Origin: Macrostomum lignano
Taxonomy: Eukaryota
Length of the DNA stretch: 64,000 bases
Direction: 5' to 3'
Assembly (NCBI GenBank): GCA_002269645.1
Contig: NIVC01002254.1
Span: 62,001 to 126,000, forward strand
In this document: piece after piece, positions 1 to 12,293 of the stretch
Layout: each line of letters begins with the position of its first letter
Position numbering within the stretch: position 1 is the stretch's first letter
Translations under genes and position numbers: made by a program
Notes under the pieces: generated by a model
The model's database searches: none
Seen by the model: only the letters and a program-made list of their open reading frames with translations
Told to the model about the DNA's origin: nothing

Positions 1-142
1 GGACAAGCCTATCAGCTACAGAGTTTGACGCCTAGTTTGTGCTAAGAACTGAGCCAATGTGCATTTTTACCCTTCATCTTTTATTCCTTATTCCTTATCA
101 TTTTATTTCGCGTTTCTGAGCAGTTTAGCTTTTCAGGAGAAA

Positions 143-374
143 TGTATTGCCTTGCAATATTGTTATCAATTTTCCCCAACTGAGTGAGTGAGTTATAATA
201 TAATATCAATGTAGTTCGTACATCTTGGGCTGCACGCGGTCAATGATTCATGTACGTCGTATTGTTCACATTTAGAAACTCAAAAAATATATAAATCGCT
301 AACTTGCAGGCGTGGAGGCCAGTTTGGGCCTCTGTTTTCTCGCTCAGCTTAAACCGCAGTCTTCCGACTTTACA
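143..374 (+). mobile_element. 3' LTR of an upstream Ty3/gypsy copy whose internal region lies before the window
   Basis: TGTA...TACA termini; preceded by purine tract aggagaaa; nearly identical to the LTR at 5366-5603. Confidence 0.8.
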
Positions 375-407
375 TAACGGGGCAAGGGCAAGTTTCATAA
401 AATCGGT

Positions 408-707
408 TGAGCCGTTTTTTCGGAAACAAATCACTGAGCCGTTTTTTTCGGAAACAAATCACTGAGCCGTTTTTTTCGGAAACAAATCACTGAGCCGTTT
501 TTTTCGGAAACAAATCACTGAGCCGTTTTTTCGGAAACAAATCACTGAGCCGTTTTTTTCGGAAACAAATCACTGAGCCGTTTTTTCGGAAACAAATCAC
601 TGAGCCGTTTTTTCGGAAACAAATCACTGAGCCGTTTTTTCGGAAACAAATCACTGAGCCGTTTTTCGGAAACAAATCACTGAGCCGTTTTTTCGGAAAC
701 AAATCAC
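408..707 (+). repeat. 27-28 bp minisatellite (tgagccgttttttcggaaacaaatcac), ~11 units
   Basis: Direct tandem units read from the sequence; no spacers. Confidence 0.95.
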
Positions 708-951
708 GCACCTAGATAAAGATAAACCATTTTTAGTATACTGCATGGATGGGTAAATTGATAATAGTGGATAATATTGATCTATACGTTTGCAAAAAAT
801 TGAATTGGAACGAAGCTAAACTGTAAAGTACAGAATTTTTAGATTTTTTTCAAATTTAGCGAAACGATGCTTTTAGCCTTTTAGTACTAGTCTCAGACTG
901 AAGTATTGAATTCTTACAGCAAGTATTATACTGTTATACAATTTAAATCAG

Positions 952-1038
952 GCTGCAAGATCCGAAGCTTCTGCTCCGCTGAACGGCCCACAAGCTGACC
1001 TAGGTCCCAGCTCGACGCCGACAACTGATGAAGTCGAT
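952..1038 (+). CDS. Candidate phase-0/0 coding exon (AARSEASAPLNGPQADLGPSSTPTTDEVD) of an unidentified gene
   Basis: tttaaatCAG acceptor, GTGAGT donor, 87 nt open, GC-richer than flanks. Confidence 0.5.
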
Positions 1039-1109
1039 GTGAGTAGACTTTTTAATTGGCCTTGTGAACAGTTTGGAATTCAAATTTTAGGAGGGTTTAG
1101 TCGAGTAGT

Positions 1110-1825
1110 CGGCTCGAGTTTGAGTAGGGTGGGATTAGAGTTTGAGTAGGGTGGGATTCGAGTTTGACTAGTTTGGAATTCGAGTCTCAGTAGGTTGGGA
1201 TTCGAGTTTGAGTTGGGGGGATTCGAGTTTGAGTAGGGTGGGATTCGAGTTTGACTAGTTTGGAATTCGAGTCTCAGTAGGTTGGGATTCGAGTTTGAGT
1301 AGGGGGGATTCGAGTTTTAGTAGGGTGGGATTCGAGTTTGATTAGTTTGGAATTCGAGTCTCAGAAGGTTGGGATTCGAATTTGAGTAGGGGGTTCGAGT
1401 TTGAGTAGGGGGTTCGAGTTTGATTAGTTTGGAATTCGAGTCTCAGTAGGTTGGGATTCGAATTTGAGTAGGGGATTCGAGTTTGAGTAGGTTGGGATTC
1501 GAGTTTGAGTAGGGGGTTCGAGTTTGATTAGTTTGGAATTCGAGTCTCAGTAGGCTGGGATTCGAGTTTGAGTAGGGGGTTCGAGTTTGAGTAGGGGGTT
1601 CGAGTTTGAGTAGGGGGGATTCGAGTTTGAGTAGGTTGGGATTCGAGTTTGAGTAGGGGGTTCGAGTTTGATTAGTTTGGAATTCGAGTCTCAGTAGGGT
1701 GGGATTCGAGTTTGACTAGTTTGGAATTCGAGTCTCAGTAGGTTGGGATTCGAGTTTGAGTAGGGGGTTCGAGTTTGAGTAGGGGGGATTCGAGTTTTTG
1801 AGTAGGTTGGGATTCGAGTCTCAGC
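1110..1825 (+). repeat. ~19-20 bp composite minisatellite (gggattcgagtttgagtag family)
   Basis: Tandem variants read from the sequence; shorter homologue at 6385-6765. Confidence 0.9.
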
Positions 1826-3165
1826 AGGTTGCACCTTTCTCCAGCCGCGTGCTAGCATGAAAAGTCTGTAGCACAGATCTGCAAAGAGGAAATATCTAGA
1901 TTTATTACCCAGCCGCCACGTAGCTCAATCTGCACCTGGCTTCAAAGTGCTTGTCTTTCGCAGCAGATGGGACCATTCTTGTTTCTTCTGTCTATCAGAC
2001 GCCATCTTTTGCGCCCAGCATCAGACGTTTGTAACATTTTCCCTCAGCAATTTTCAGTCGCCTACCCTGGGTAAATCAGCTTTGACCGCACGTTTGTTTA
2101 TAATTCCTGCTGAGAAAAAAGACAGCTGCTTGCAGAACCTTACCTATGCGTTCCACGTCTGATTAATAACCCTTAGTGGGTACCTCTGAATTCGTAGTAG
2201 GTAAGGTATAGTTTAGTAATCCATTATATTCCCTATTAAAGCCTTTTAGTCTTCTAAGGGCCTGTCCGCCTTTCATTATGAAGTTTAGGTCTTTTGAAGT
2301 TTAGGTCTTTTGAAGTTTAGTTCTTGTGAAGTTTAGGTCTTGTGAAGTTTAGGTCTTGGAAGTAGTAATCAACCGCCCCCTGTTGGGGAGGCAAGAAAGA
2401 CTGGAATAATGTTTTATGAATTAAGCTCCTGATATCTCAGCTTTGACATTTCATCAATCCACCGTCTGCCTTGACATCTCAGAAATTACCCCGTAAGCCT
2501 TGATCTAAGAAATTTTCTATGAGCTTTGACATCTTAGCAATTTCCCAATGAATCTTTTATATTTGACATGACGCTACTTTTATGTCTTTTTTTCCTTTCC
2601 ATGAGTTTTCTTCACTTTATTATTAAGAATCATTTAATAATAAAATCAGACTCTCAAAATTCGAACCTGTCGCTGCATTAGCAGTTCAGTTCGTTCACGT
2701 CTAGGCTAGCTCTCATCCAACTGATGACATGAATTGTATCACTTAGCATTCAACACTCACATTAAGTCGAGTCAGTTGGAGTAAAACTCAGAAAACAGTT
2801 ATGACGTAATTGATGATTCAATAAGTCTGATATTCTCCATTAAAGTTAACAATATGGTTACGCAATCTAAATCACGTCTTGTACTTTGCTTCCACACTGT
2901 TTTAAACACTGTGACGCAATTCAAGTCGGAGTCACAATTCAGTCAGTAAACTTACTAAAAAACCCTGGTGTGATGCAATCTTTCTCAGAATCGCAATAGT
3001 CAATCAGTTCTTTCTCTAGCATTCTTACGACGTGTTTCAAGTCGAAAAGTCTGCTTAAGCTTTTAAAAAGCTGCTTATTGAGTAGCTCTTATTTAATCCC
3101 TTTAGCATCGAGAAATTTTTTAGCCCAGACTGATTTACCATCATGGGAAAATTTCCGATCGAACG

Positions 3166-5603
3166 TGTAATTGTCTTGCAATATTTTTATCGATTTCCCC
3201 TAACTGAGTGAGTGAGTTATATTATAATATCAATGTACATCTCAGCTCAAACCGCAGTCTTTCGACATTACAGTGGCCTCGCAAGCAAGCTTATTTTGGC
3301 TAGCCACTCGATCATAGCTCAATTCATCTCACTGCCACCCCCTGAGCAATTCAGCACACACTTGCTGATCAACAGAATGCCGGTAAACGCTATAACAAAT
3401 GGTCTGATCAAGCATCTTTATCGAAGCATCAGGCATCAAAGACGAAACTCAGAAGTGCACGCTTCTGGCCCACACGGCCGGCAGAGAAATCGCGCAAGGC
3501 ATAAAGGACCTGCTAAATGACAAGAAAGGCAGCCTTAAAACTCTGTTTGCAGCAACTAAAGAGCACTTCAAGGAGCGCAACAGCATCGTATTTTTCCGCT
3601 ATCAGTTTCGCCTATGTGTTCAGCAACATCGCCCATGTGTTCAGCAAACCGGAGAGCCCGTGGACTCCTGGTACTCCCGACTCAACTCATGAGAGGCATG
3701 AGAGTTCTTAGCACTCAAGAACTCCTTAATCAGAGATCAGTTAGTGGCGACATGCTGCTCCGATAAACTTTGACGAATATTGCTGCAGGAGTCCAACATT
3801 CAGGCTGCAGGAGTCCATGAGCGATGCGTTGAAAGCAGTTGAAGCAGTTCAGAGACAGCGAAACGCTCCCGAACAGTCAGCGGGTCCCCGGTGGCCCAGC
3901 AAACAGCGGCCCAACCACCTGCTATCAATGCGGCGAACGCGGGCACAGCTCATGCAACGCGGCAAAAGGCAGCACCTGCCAGGCATGCGGCAAGCCAAAC
4001 CACCTCGCCAAAGCATGCAGACAAGGCAGGCCTCAAACAAGCTCCAGCATCAACGCCGTAGCGGACAAAGAAGCTGAGGCGATCTTCATCGATCACGATT
4101 CGCTTAACGAGGAGGCCTTCACTATCCAGTCGCAAAAACCTGCGCCCAGACACAACTCCGCCAACACTCGTCTGAAGATCGAGGGCAAGGACTTCATTGT
4201 ACTCGTGGATAGTGGAGCCAGCTGCAACGCCTTGAGCGGAGACAACTTCCGGTGGCTAAGAAATGTTCGGCTGCGCAACGCCATTCATCCAATTTTCAGC
4301 TACGGATCCACAACGCCTCTCCAAGTCTTGGGTGTCGCCGACCTCAACGTGAGCACCGCAGCTAGCAGACAACTAGTTTCATTTCACATCACTAAAGGCT
4401 GTGGAACGATACGAGACACCGCTTTCAACATGGGAATTCTGCACATCCAACATCAAACGGCTGAAGTCAACTGTGCGGCCCACGGAAAATTCAGCTGCAT
4501 CAAGTATTCAAGCACTGTTCACCAAGTACAGAGGTGTTGACCAAGAACTTCCAACCGAACTCCGCATCAGCAGCATCCTTGGTGAGTTCCAGTCCATCTT
4601 CGAAGGTCTTGGCTGCGTGAAGGGCGTCGAGGTTAACGTTTGTCTTCGACCAGAAGCTGTCTCGGTCTGCCACACACCCTCCAGAGTTCCCGTCCACCAG
4701 CGGTCGGCGGTCATCGCGGAACTACAGGCCCTCCTCGACCAAGGCATCATCAACGGCCTGTCACCGTGGGTCTCTCGCATGGTTGTCGTCCCGAAAGTAA
4801 GCAGTGCTGTCCACATCTGCCAGGACCTGCGTGACGTCAACTCATTTGCCGTGCCAGAAAAGAAGCCCATCCGAACCTTTGAGGAGATCGCGGATGAGAT
4901 GGCGGGTTCCACGGTATTCAGCGAGCTCGACATCGTGAAGGCTTTTCATCAGATTCTTGTCAAACCGGAATCCCGTCACATCTTCACCTTCAGCACCCCA
5001 CTGGGTCATATGCGACTGACCAGACTCAGCATGGGATTCACCGACGCATCCGAGATACGCATCTAGATGCCTTTCGAGGTTGAACCCTGGACTTTCATCG
5101 ACAAGCGAGGCAATTCCTACCTCCCGCGGCAAGGCGACCGGACATGCACTCGCCACTAGCTGACGCACATCCGGACTCTGACAGCGGCTGAGGACCCACC
5201 ACCAGAAGCGGACGCGCGGCCAAGGACAAGCCTATCAGCTACAGAGTTTGACGCCTAGTTTGTGCTAAGAACTGAGCCAATGTGCATTTTTACCCTTCAT
5301 CTTTTATTCCTTATTCCTTATCATTTTATTTCGCGTTTCTGAGCAGTTTAGCTTTTCAGGAGAAATGTATTGCCTTGCAATATTGTTATCAATTTTCCCC
5401 AACTGAGTGAGTGAGTTATAATATAATATCAATGTAGTTCGTACATCTTGGGCTGCACGCGGTCAATGATTCATGTACGTCGTATTGTTCACATTTAGAA
5501 ACTCAAAAAATATACGAGTATAAATCGCTAACTTGCAGGCGTGGAGGCCAGTTTGGGCCTCTGTTTTCTCGCTCAGCTTAAACCGCAGTCTTCAGACTTT
5601 ACA
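3166..5603 (+). mobile_element. Degenerate, internally deleted Ty3/gypsy LTR retrotransposon
   Basis: 5' LTR 3166-3272 (TGTA...TACA, internally deleted); PBS-like tggcctcgc at 3274; gag, protease and RT remnants; PPT aggagaaa; 3' LTR 5366-5603; flanks gaacg versus taaca/taacg resemble a mutated 5-bp TSD. Confidence 0.85.
3325..5159 (+). pseudogene. Frameshifted gag (zinc knuckles)-aspartic protease-RT N-half, plus integrase C-terminal tail
   Basis: gag FIEASGIKDETQK...RYQFR...IRDQLV; CYQCGERGH and CQACGKPNHLAKAC knuckles; protease LVDSGAS; RT SPWVSRMVVVPK, DLRDVN, FSELDIVKAFHQI, FSTPLG; then PFEVEPWTFIDKRGN...GDRTCTR (5067-5159) resembling the post-integrase GPY/F-type region. Several stops and frameshifts. 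Confidence 0.85.
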
Positions 5604-5630
5604 TAACAGGGCAAGTTTCATAAAATCAGC

Positions 5631-5821
5631 TGAGCCGTTTTTTTCGGAAACAAATCACTGAGCCGTTTTTTCGGAAACAAATCACTGAGCCGTTTTTTCG
5701 GAAACAAATCACTGAGCCGTTTTTTCGGAAACAAATCACTGAGCCGTTTTTTCGGAAACAAATCACTGAGCCGTTTTTTTCGGAAACAAATCACTGAGCC
5801 GTTTTTTCGGAAACAAATCAC
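5631..5821 (+). repeat. 27-28 bp minisatellite, ~7 units (homologue of 408-707)
   Basis: Same unit as 408-707. Confidence 0.95.
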
Positions 5822-6063
5822 GCACCTAGATAAAGATAAACCATTTTTAGTATACTGCATGGATGGGTAAATTGATAATAGTGGATAATATTGATCTATG
5901 CGTTTGCAAAAAATTGAATTGGAACGAAGCTAAACTGTAAAGTACAGAATTTTTAGATTTTTTAAAGTTTAGCAAAACGATGCTTCAGCCTTTTAGTACT
6001 AATCTCAGACTGAAGTATTGCAGGCTTACAGCAAGTATTATACCGTTATACAATTTAAATCAG

Positions 6064-6306
6064 GCTCGGGAAGCCTTGGATCCGCTGCAAGCCCCAGAAG
6101 ATGGCCAGAACAAAAGCCGTCCAGTCAAAGATTTAATTGATTTCTTTAATCGGCAACAGCCGGTTGAAAATCCTGGTGCATCAACGTCCAATAGTCCCGC
6201 TGACTGTAGAAGCGGCGGCGGCGGTAGCGGCGGCGGCAGCGGCGGCGGTAAGCGAGGCTCTCTAGTGAAAACTCCCAGATCGACGGCAACGTTTGGTGTA
6301 GTTAAA
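6064..6306 (+). CDS. Candidate phase-0/0 coding exon (81 aa, AREALDPLQ...RPVKDLIDFFN...GGGGSGGGSGGG...FGVVK) of an unidentified gene
   Basis: Same acceptor (tttaaatCAG) and donor (GTGAGTAG) context as 952-1038; 243 nt open, in ORF 5980-6324. Confidence 0.55.
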
Positions 6307-6384
6307 GTGAGTAGACTTTTTTAATTGGCCTTGTGAACAGTTTGGAATTCAAGTTTTAGGAGGGTTTAGTCGAGTAGTCTACTC

Positions 6385-6765
6385 GAGTTTAAGTAGGGTG
6401 GGATTCGAGTTTGAGTAGGGGGGATTCGAGTTTGATTAGGTTGGAATTCGAGTCTCAGTAGGTTGGGATTCGAGTTTGAGTAGGGGGGATTCGAGTTTGA
6501 TTAGGTTGGAATTCGAGTCTCAGTAGGTTGGGATTCGAGTTTGAGTAGGGGGGATTCGAGTTTGAATAGGTTGGAATTCGAGTTTGAGTAGGGTGGGATT
6601 CGAGTCTCAGTAGGTTGGGATTCGAGTTTGAGTAGGTGGGATTCGAGTTTGAGTAGGTTGGAATTCGACTTTAAGTAGGTTGGAATTCGAGTCTCAATAT
6701 GGTTGAGATTCGAGTTTGAGTAGGGGTTCGAGTTTGAGTAGGTTGGAATTCGAGTCTCAGTAGGT
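6385..6765 (+). repeat. gggattcgagtttgagtag-family minisatellite (homologue of 1110-1825)
   Basis: Same unit family. Confidence 0.9.
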
Positions 6766-8924
6766 TGCACCTTTCTTCAGCCGCGTGCTAGCATGAAAAG
6801 TCTGTAGCACAGATCTGCAAAGAGGAAATATCTAGATTTATTACCCAGGCGCCACGTAGCTCAATATGTACCTGGCTTCAAAGTGCTTGTTTTCGCAGCA
6901 GATGGGACCATTCTTGTTTCTTCTGTCTATCAGACGCCGTCTTTTGCGCCCAGCATCAGACGTTTGTAACATTTTCCCTCAGCAATTTTCAGTCGCCTAC
7001 CCTGGGTAAATCAGCTTTGACCGCACGTTCGTTCATAATTCCTGCTGAGAAAAGACAGCTGCTTGCAACACCTTACCTATGCATTTCACGTCTGATTAAT
7101 AACCCTTAGTGGTACCTTTGAATTCGTTGTAGGTAAGGTATAGTTTATTAATCCATTATATTCCCTGTATCTATACAGCTGACTAGATTCATAACTATTT
7201 AATAATTATTTTTTTCATTCTTCATAATTAAGATCCATAATTATATTTCTTTATCAATGACGTTGACTAGATTAGCAATCCATTACATTCTCTGTATCAA
7301 TACTGTTGGATAGATAGCAACAACAGCAACAGCAGCAACAGCAGCAGCAACAGCGGGTGGCACGAGACCAGCGTCCACGTCGCGCCCCTGGACACCCCGC
7401 CAATGTGGCAGGAGCTTCGTGCGTCGCTGTCACCGACGGGGTGACGAATTGGTCTCACCTCCGGGTATGCAGCCTGGGAGAGTTGTCCCCCACCGTTGGG
7501 TTGGCGGTGGATGGCGGTTTTTACAGCGTAAGTCGGTCTGCGGAGGAGCCCTGCGCACCGGGACTCGGGTCCCCACGCTCTCTGGCCACCCGCCGCAGGC
7601 CAAAAATTGGATTCCGCCGTCTACTGCCCGCCCGCGCATAGTCAGCGCCCCGGCTGCATGGTGCTACGCACCCGGTCCTATTAGCTACGTCTAGCTACAA
7701 TGTCCGTGACCCGAAAAAGAAAGAAAGAAAAAAGCAGCAACAGCAGGAGCTGCCTGCAGCTTACAATACCAAAACGAAGGTGCACCTTTTCGAGGGGTCA
7801 AGGGGTCAAGGGAATTCTTCGTAGCCAAGGAATGGGATCTAAAGTCTTATACGGCAGACCTACAGATATTATCTGGACTGTGATTGTTGTCGATACGAAC
7901 TTGTTCTAATTTGTTCGAAGTGTGATATAGGGCCAAAACCCTCTAAAGATGGTGTCTAGAATGAAATGATTTTCAAAGTAATGCCAAAGACTTTTAGAAA
8001 TAAAATCTGGACTAAATACGGTCTAAATGTACAAAAGGGCCAAAGACTTATAGGGGTCAGCCTCTGTACTGGAATTATCTTTAGGCGATGCCAAAGACTT
8101 CTAGAGGTAGCATCTGGACTGGAGTTATTTTAAGTCAATGCCAAAAAGTTCTAAAAGAAATATCTGACATTAAAATAATTTTTATAGGATTGATAGAACT
8201 ACGACATGACTACTTTATAGCTTTTTACTGTGTTCTCTTGCATCATTGTTAAATTTCATTATACAATAGCTATCAGATCCAGGTCACTCTCCGAGAAGTC
8301 CCTGCGCTATCTACTTGTACGAGCTATATGTAGATATAATTGTCTTTTCATTCCAGTTCCGTTAAATATTTTTGTAAGATACTCTCGTATTACATGTAAA
8401 TATCAATGATTAATTTTCAGTGTCTTTTTTCTATACTATGAGTAGCACGTCGCAGAAACACCTTTTCTACCATTAAAAACAATAGAAAATCAAGCTTTTT
8501 GCGCCATTGAAATTTTTAACAGCTTTGAATTGAAGTGCTGATATTTTGCTTGGAAATATTCTTTTACACGAAAGGAACACTGCCTGCTCATTGCCAATTT
8601 CTATCTATGCTTTCAACTGTGTTTAATATGAATCTGGAGCTCGAATCCTTTCGCCTGTTTTATTTTTTATGTTTGATGCTTCATGTTTTACTATGGCGGT
8701 GCCTTGAAGATGCTAATGTTATCATACCTTATTTTATTTTTGTTATCATTAATGCCTATATATCTATTTAGTGTATTGAGTTACTTCAGACTGTGGCTCG
8801 TCTTTTCAGTAGTATTTTATCATTTTAGTTTATGCTACAAATTAACCCTTAGTACTATGTTGGCACAATAAACGGATAATTTCGGCACTGCTGCACTGCA
8901 CTGTGTGTTACCTATGGTACAGAT

Positions 8925-9660
8925 GTGTTCGCAAGTGTCTATGGTACAGACTGTCTTAGCAACTGTCTATGGTACATATATGTTGGCAAGTGTCAACATG
9001 GTACAGATGTGCTGGCAAGTGTCTATGGTACAGATGTGCTGGCAAGTGTCTATGGTACAGATGTGCTGGCAAGTGTCTATGGTACAGATGTGCTGGCAAG
9101 TGTCTATTGTACAGATGTGCTGGCAAGTATCTATGGTACAGATGTGCTGGCAAGTGTCTATTGTACAGATGTGCTGGCAAGTGTCTATGGTACAGATGTG
9201 CTGGCAAGTGTCTATGGTACAGATGTGCTGGCAAGTGTCTATGGTACAGATGTGCTGGCAAGTGTCTATGGTACAGATGTGCTGGCAAGTGTCTATGGTA
9301 CAGATGTGCTGGCAAGTATCTATGGTACAGATGTGCTGGCAAGTGTCTATTGTACAGATGTGCTGGCAAGTGTCTATGGTACAGATGTGCTGGCAAGTGT
9401 CTATGGTACAGATGTGCTGGCAAGTGTCTATGGTACAGATGTGCTGGCAAGTATCTATGGTACAGATGTGCTGGCAAGTGTCTATGGTACACATTTTGTT
9501 CGCAAGTGTCTATGGTACAGATGTGCTGGCAAGTGTCTATGGTACACATTTTGTTCGCAAGTGTCTATGGTACAGATGTGCTGGCAAGTGTCTATGGTAC
9601 ACATTGTGTTGGCAAGTGTCTATGGTACACATTTTGTTCGCAAGTGTCTATGGTACAGAT
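8925..9660 (+). repeat. 27-bp minisatellite (gtgtctatggtacagatgtgctggcaa)
   Basis: Tandem units; the repetitive ORFs in five frames are artefacts. Confidence 0.95.
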
Positions 9661-10127
9661 CATGAGTCCACTATAATATTCGCAAGTGCGTTGTCTGCCT
9701 TGTCTCAAATATTGGCGTTAGGTCGTTTTCATGCATGTAGCGAACTCCATCTACGCTTCAGATTTGAGAACGCATCGCAGCTTCAAAAAGCCATATGTCC
9801 TCCATAATTACGGCAGGTTGTCCGTCCAAAAGAAAAGATCCAGAAAATTGGGTGTCGGATAAAATTGTTGGAAGAGAATTTCGAAAAAACATCAAAGCGA
9901 AGAAAATTGTAGCCTGGAAGGCCTTGATGAATACTGCGATTCTAAAAAGAAAGCATCTTTTTTCTAGAATACATTCTATGCGTTTCATTTAATGTTCCTT
10001 AACGACACCTGGTGCCGGCCTCTAACGTTGGACCTCGTAGCTTCAGATAGCTGTTCGTAGCCAGGTGCGTTCGTAGCCAGATGTTTGGGAGAAAGCAGGG
10101 ACCTCCCAGGATATCGGCTCACAACTC

Positions 10128-12293
10128 TTACTTACAGTACAGCTCTGGTGCTTCCTTACAGTATGGCTCTGGTGCTTCCTCACAGTATGGCTCTGGCGCT
10201 TCCTTACAGTATGGCTCTGGCGCTTCCTTACAGTACAGCTCTGGCGCTTCCTTACAGTATGGCTCTGGCACTTCCTTACAGTACAGCTCTGGCGCTTCCT
10301 TACAGTATGGCTCTGGCGCTTCCTTACAGTATGGCTCTGGCGCTTCCTTACAGTATGGCTCTGGCGCTTCCTTACAGTATGGCTCTGGCGCTTCCTTACA
10401 GTATGGCTCTGGTGCTTCCTTACAGTATGGCTCTGGCGCTTCCTTACAGTATGGCTCTGGCGCTTCCTTACAGTATGGCTCTGGCGCTTCCTTACAGTAT
10501 GGCTCTGGCGCTTCCTTACAGTATGGCTCTGGCGCTTCCTTACAGTATGGCTCTGGCGCTTCCTTACAGTATGGCTCTGGCGCTTCCTTACAGTATGGCT
10601 CTGGCGCTTCCTTACAGTATGGCTCTGGCGCTTCCTTACAGTATGGCTCTGGCGCTTCCTTACAGTATGGCTCTGGTGCTTCCTCACAGTATGGCTCTGG
10701 CGCTTCCTTACAGTATGGCTCTGGCGCTTCCTTACAGTATGGCTCTGGCGCTTCCTTACAGTACAGCTCTGGCGCTTCCTTACAGTATGGCTCTGGCGCT
10801 TCCTTACAGTATGGCTCTGGTGCTTCCTTACAGTATGGCTCTGGCGCTTCCTTACAGTATGGCTCTGGCGCTTCCTTACAGTATGGCTCTGGCGCTTCCT
10901 TACAGTATGGCTCTGGCGCTTCCTTACAGTATGGCTCTGGCGCTTCCTTACAGTATGGCTCTGGCGCTTCCTTACAGTATGGCTCTGGTGCTTCCTTACA
11001 GTATGGCTCTGGCGCTTCCTTACAGTATGGCTCTGGCGCTTCCTTACAGTATGGCTCTGGCGCTTCCTTACAGTATGGCTCTGGCGCTTCCTTACAGTAT
11101 GGCTCTGGCGCTTTCTTACAGTATGGCTCTGGCGCTTCCTTACAGTATGGCTCTGGCGCTTCCTTACAGTATGGCTCTGGCGCTTCCTTACAGTATGGCT
11201 CTGGCGCTTCCTTACAGTATGGCTCTGGCGCTTCCTTACAGTATGGCTCTGGCGCTTCCTTACAGTATGGCTCTGGCGCTTCCTTACAGTATGGCTCTGG
11301 CGCTTCCTTACAGTATGGCTCTGGCGCTTCCTTACAGTATGGCTCTGGCGCTTCCTTACAGTATGGCTCTGGCGCTTCCTTACAGTATGGCTCTGGCGCT
11401 TCCTTACAGTATGGCTCTGGCGCTTCCTTACAGTATGGCTCTGGCGCTTCCTTACAGTATGGCTCTGGCGCTTCCTTACAGTATGGCTCTGGCGCTTCCT
11501 TACAGTACAGCTCTGGCGCTTCCTTACAGTATGGCTCTGGCGCTTCCTTACAGTATGGCTCTGGCGCTTCCTTACAGTATGGCTCTGGCGCTTTCTTACA
11601 GTATGGCTCTGGCGCTTCCTTACAGTACAGCTCTGGCGCTTCCTTACAGTATGGCTCTGGCGCTTCCTTACAGTATGGCTCTGGCGCTTCCTTACAGTAT
11701 GGCTCTGGCGCTTTCTTACAGTATGGCTCTGGCGCTTCCTTACAGTATGGCTCTGGCGCTTTCTTACAGTATGGCTCTGGCGCTTCCTTACAGTATGGCT
11801 CTGGCGCTTTCTTACAGTATGGCTCTGGCGCTTCCTTACAGTATGGCTCTGGCGCTTCCTTACAGTATGGCTCTGGCGCTTCCTTACAGTATGGCTCTGG
11901 CGCTTCCTTACAGTACAGCTCTGGCGCTTCCTTACAGTATGGCTCTGGCGCTTCCTTACAGTATGGCTCTGGTGCTTCCTTACAGTATGGCTCTGGCGCT
12001 TCCTTACAGTATGGCTCTGGCGCTTCCTTACAGTATGGCTCTGGCGCTTCCTTACAGTATGGCTCTGGCGCTTCCTTACAGTATGGCTCTGGCGCTTCCT
12101 TACAGTATGGCTCTGGCGCTTCCTTACAGTACAGCTCTGGCGCTTCCTTACAGTATGGCTCTGGCGCTTCCTTACAGTATGGCTCTGGCGCTTCCTTACA
12201 GTATGGCTCTGGCGCTTCCTTACAGTATGGCTCTGGTGCTTCCTTACTGTACAGCTCTGGCGCTTTCTTACAGTATGGCTCTGGCGCTTCCTT
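10128..12293 (+). repeat. 24-bp minisatellite (cttacagtatggctctggcgcttc), ~90 units
   Basis: Highly homogeneous tandem array. Confidence 0.95.

Larger units (their letters stand above)
1..2234 (+). repeat. Copy 1 of a segmental tandem duplication (copy 2 at 5224-7166; initial offset 5223)
   Basis: ggacaagcctatcagctacagagtttgacgcc at 1 and 5224. Colinear near-identity continues to ccattatattccc (2221-2234 / 7153-7165), apart from array copy number and the exon. Confidence 0.95.
5224..7166 (+). repeat. Copy 2 of the segmental tandem duplication
   Basis: Colinear with 1-2234. Confidence 0.95.

Noticed and set aside
408-707. 27-28 bp direct repeats resembling a CRISPR array
   Set aside because: No unique spacers, no cas genes, eukaryotic context; plain minisatellite.
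3744-3752. TGGCGAC as primer-binding site
   Set aside because: It lies inside the gag coding remnant (LVAT); the PBS position is directly after the 5' LTR at 3274.
8905-9807. Cys/His-rich repeat ORFs (CTIDTCQHI, HRHLPAHLY) resembling metal-binding proteins
   Set aside because: 27-bp minisatellite open in five frames; no unique coding context.
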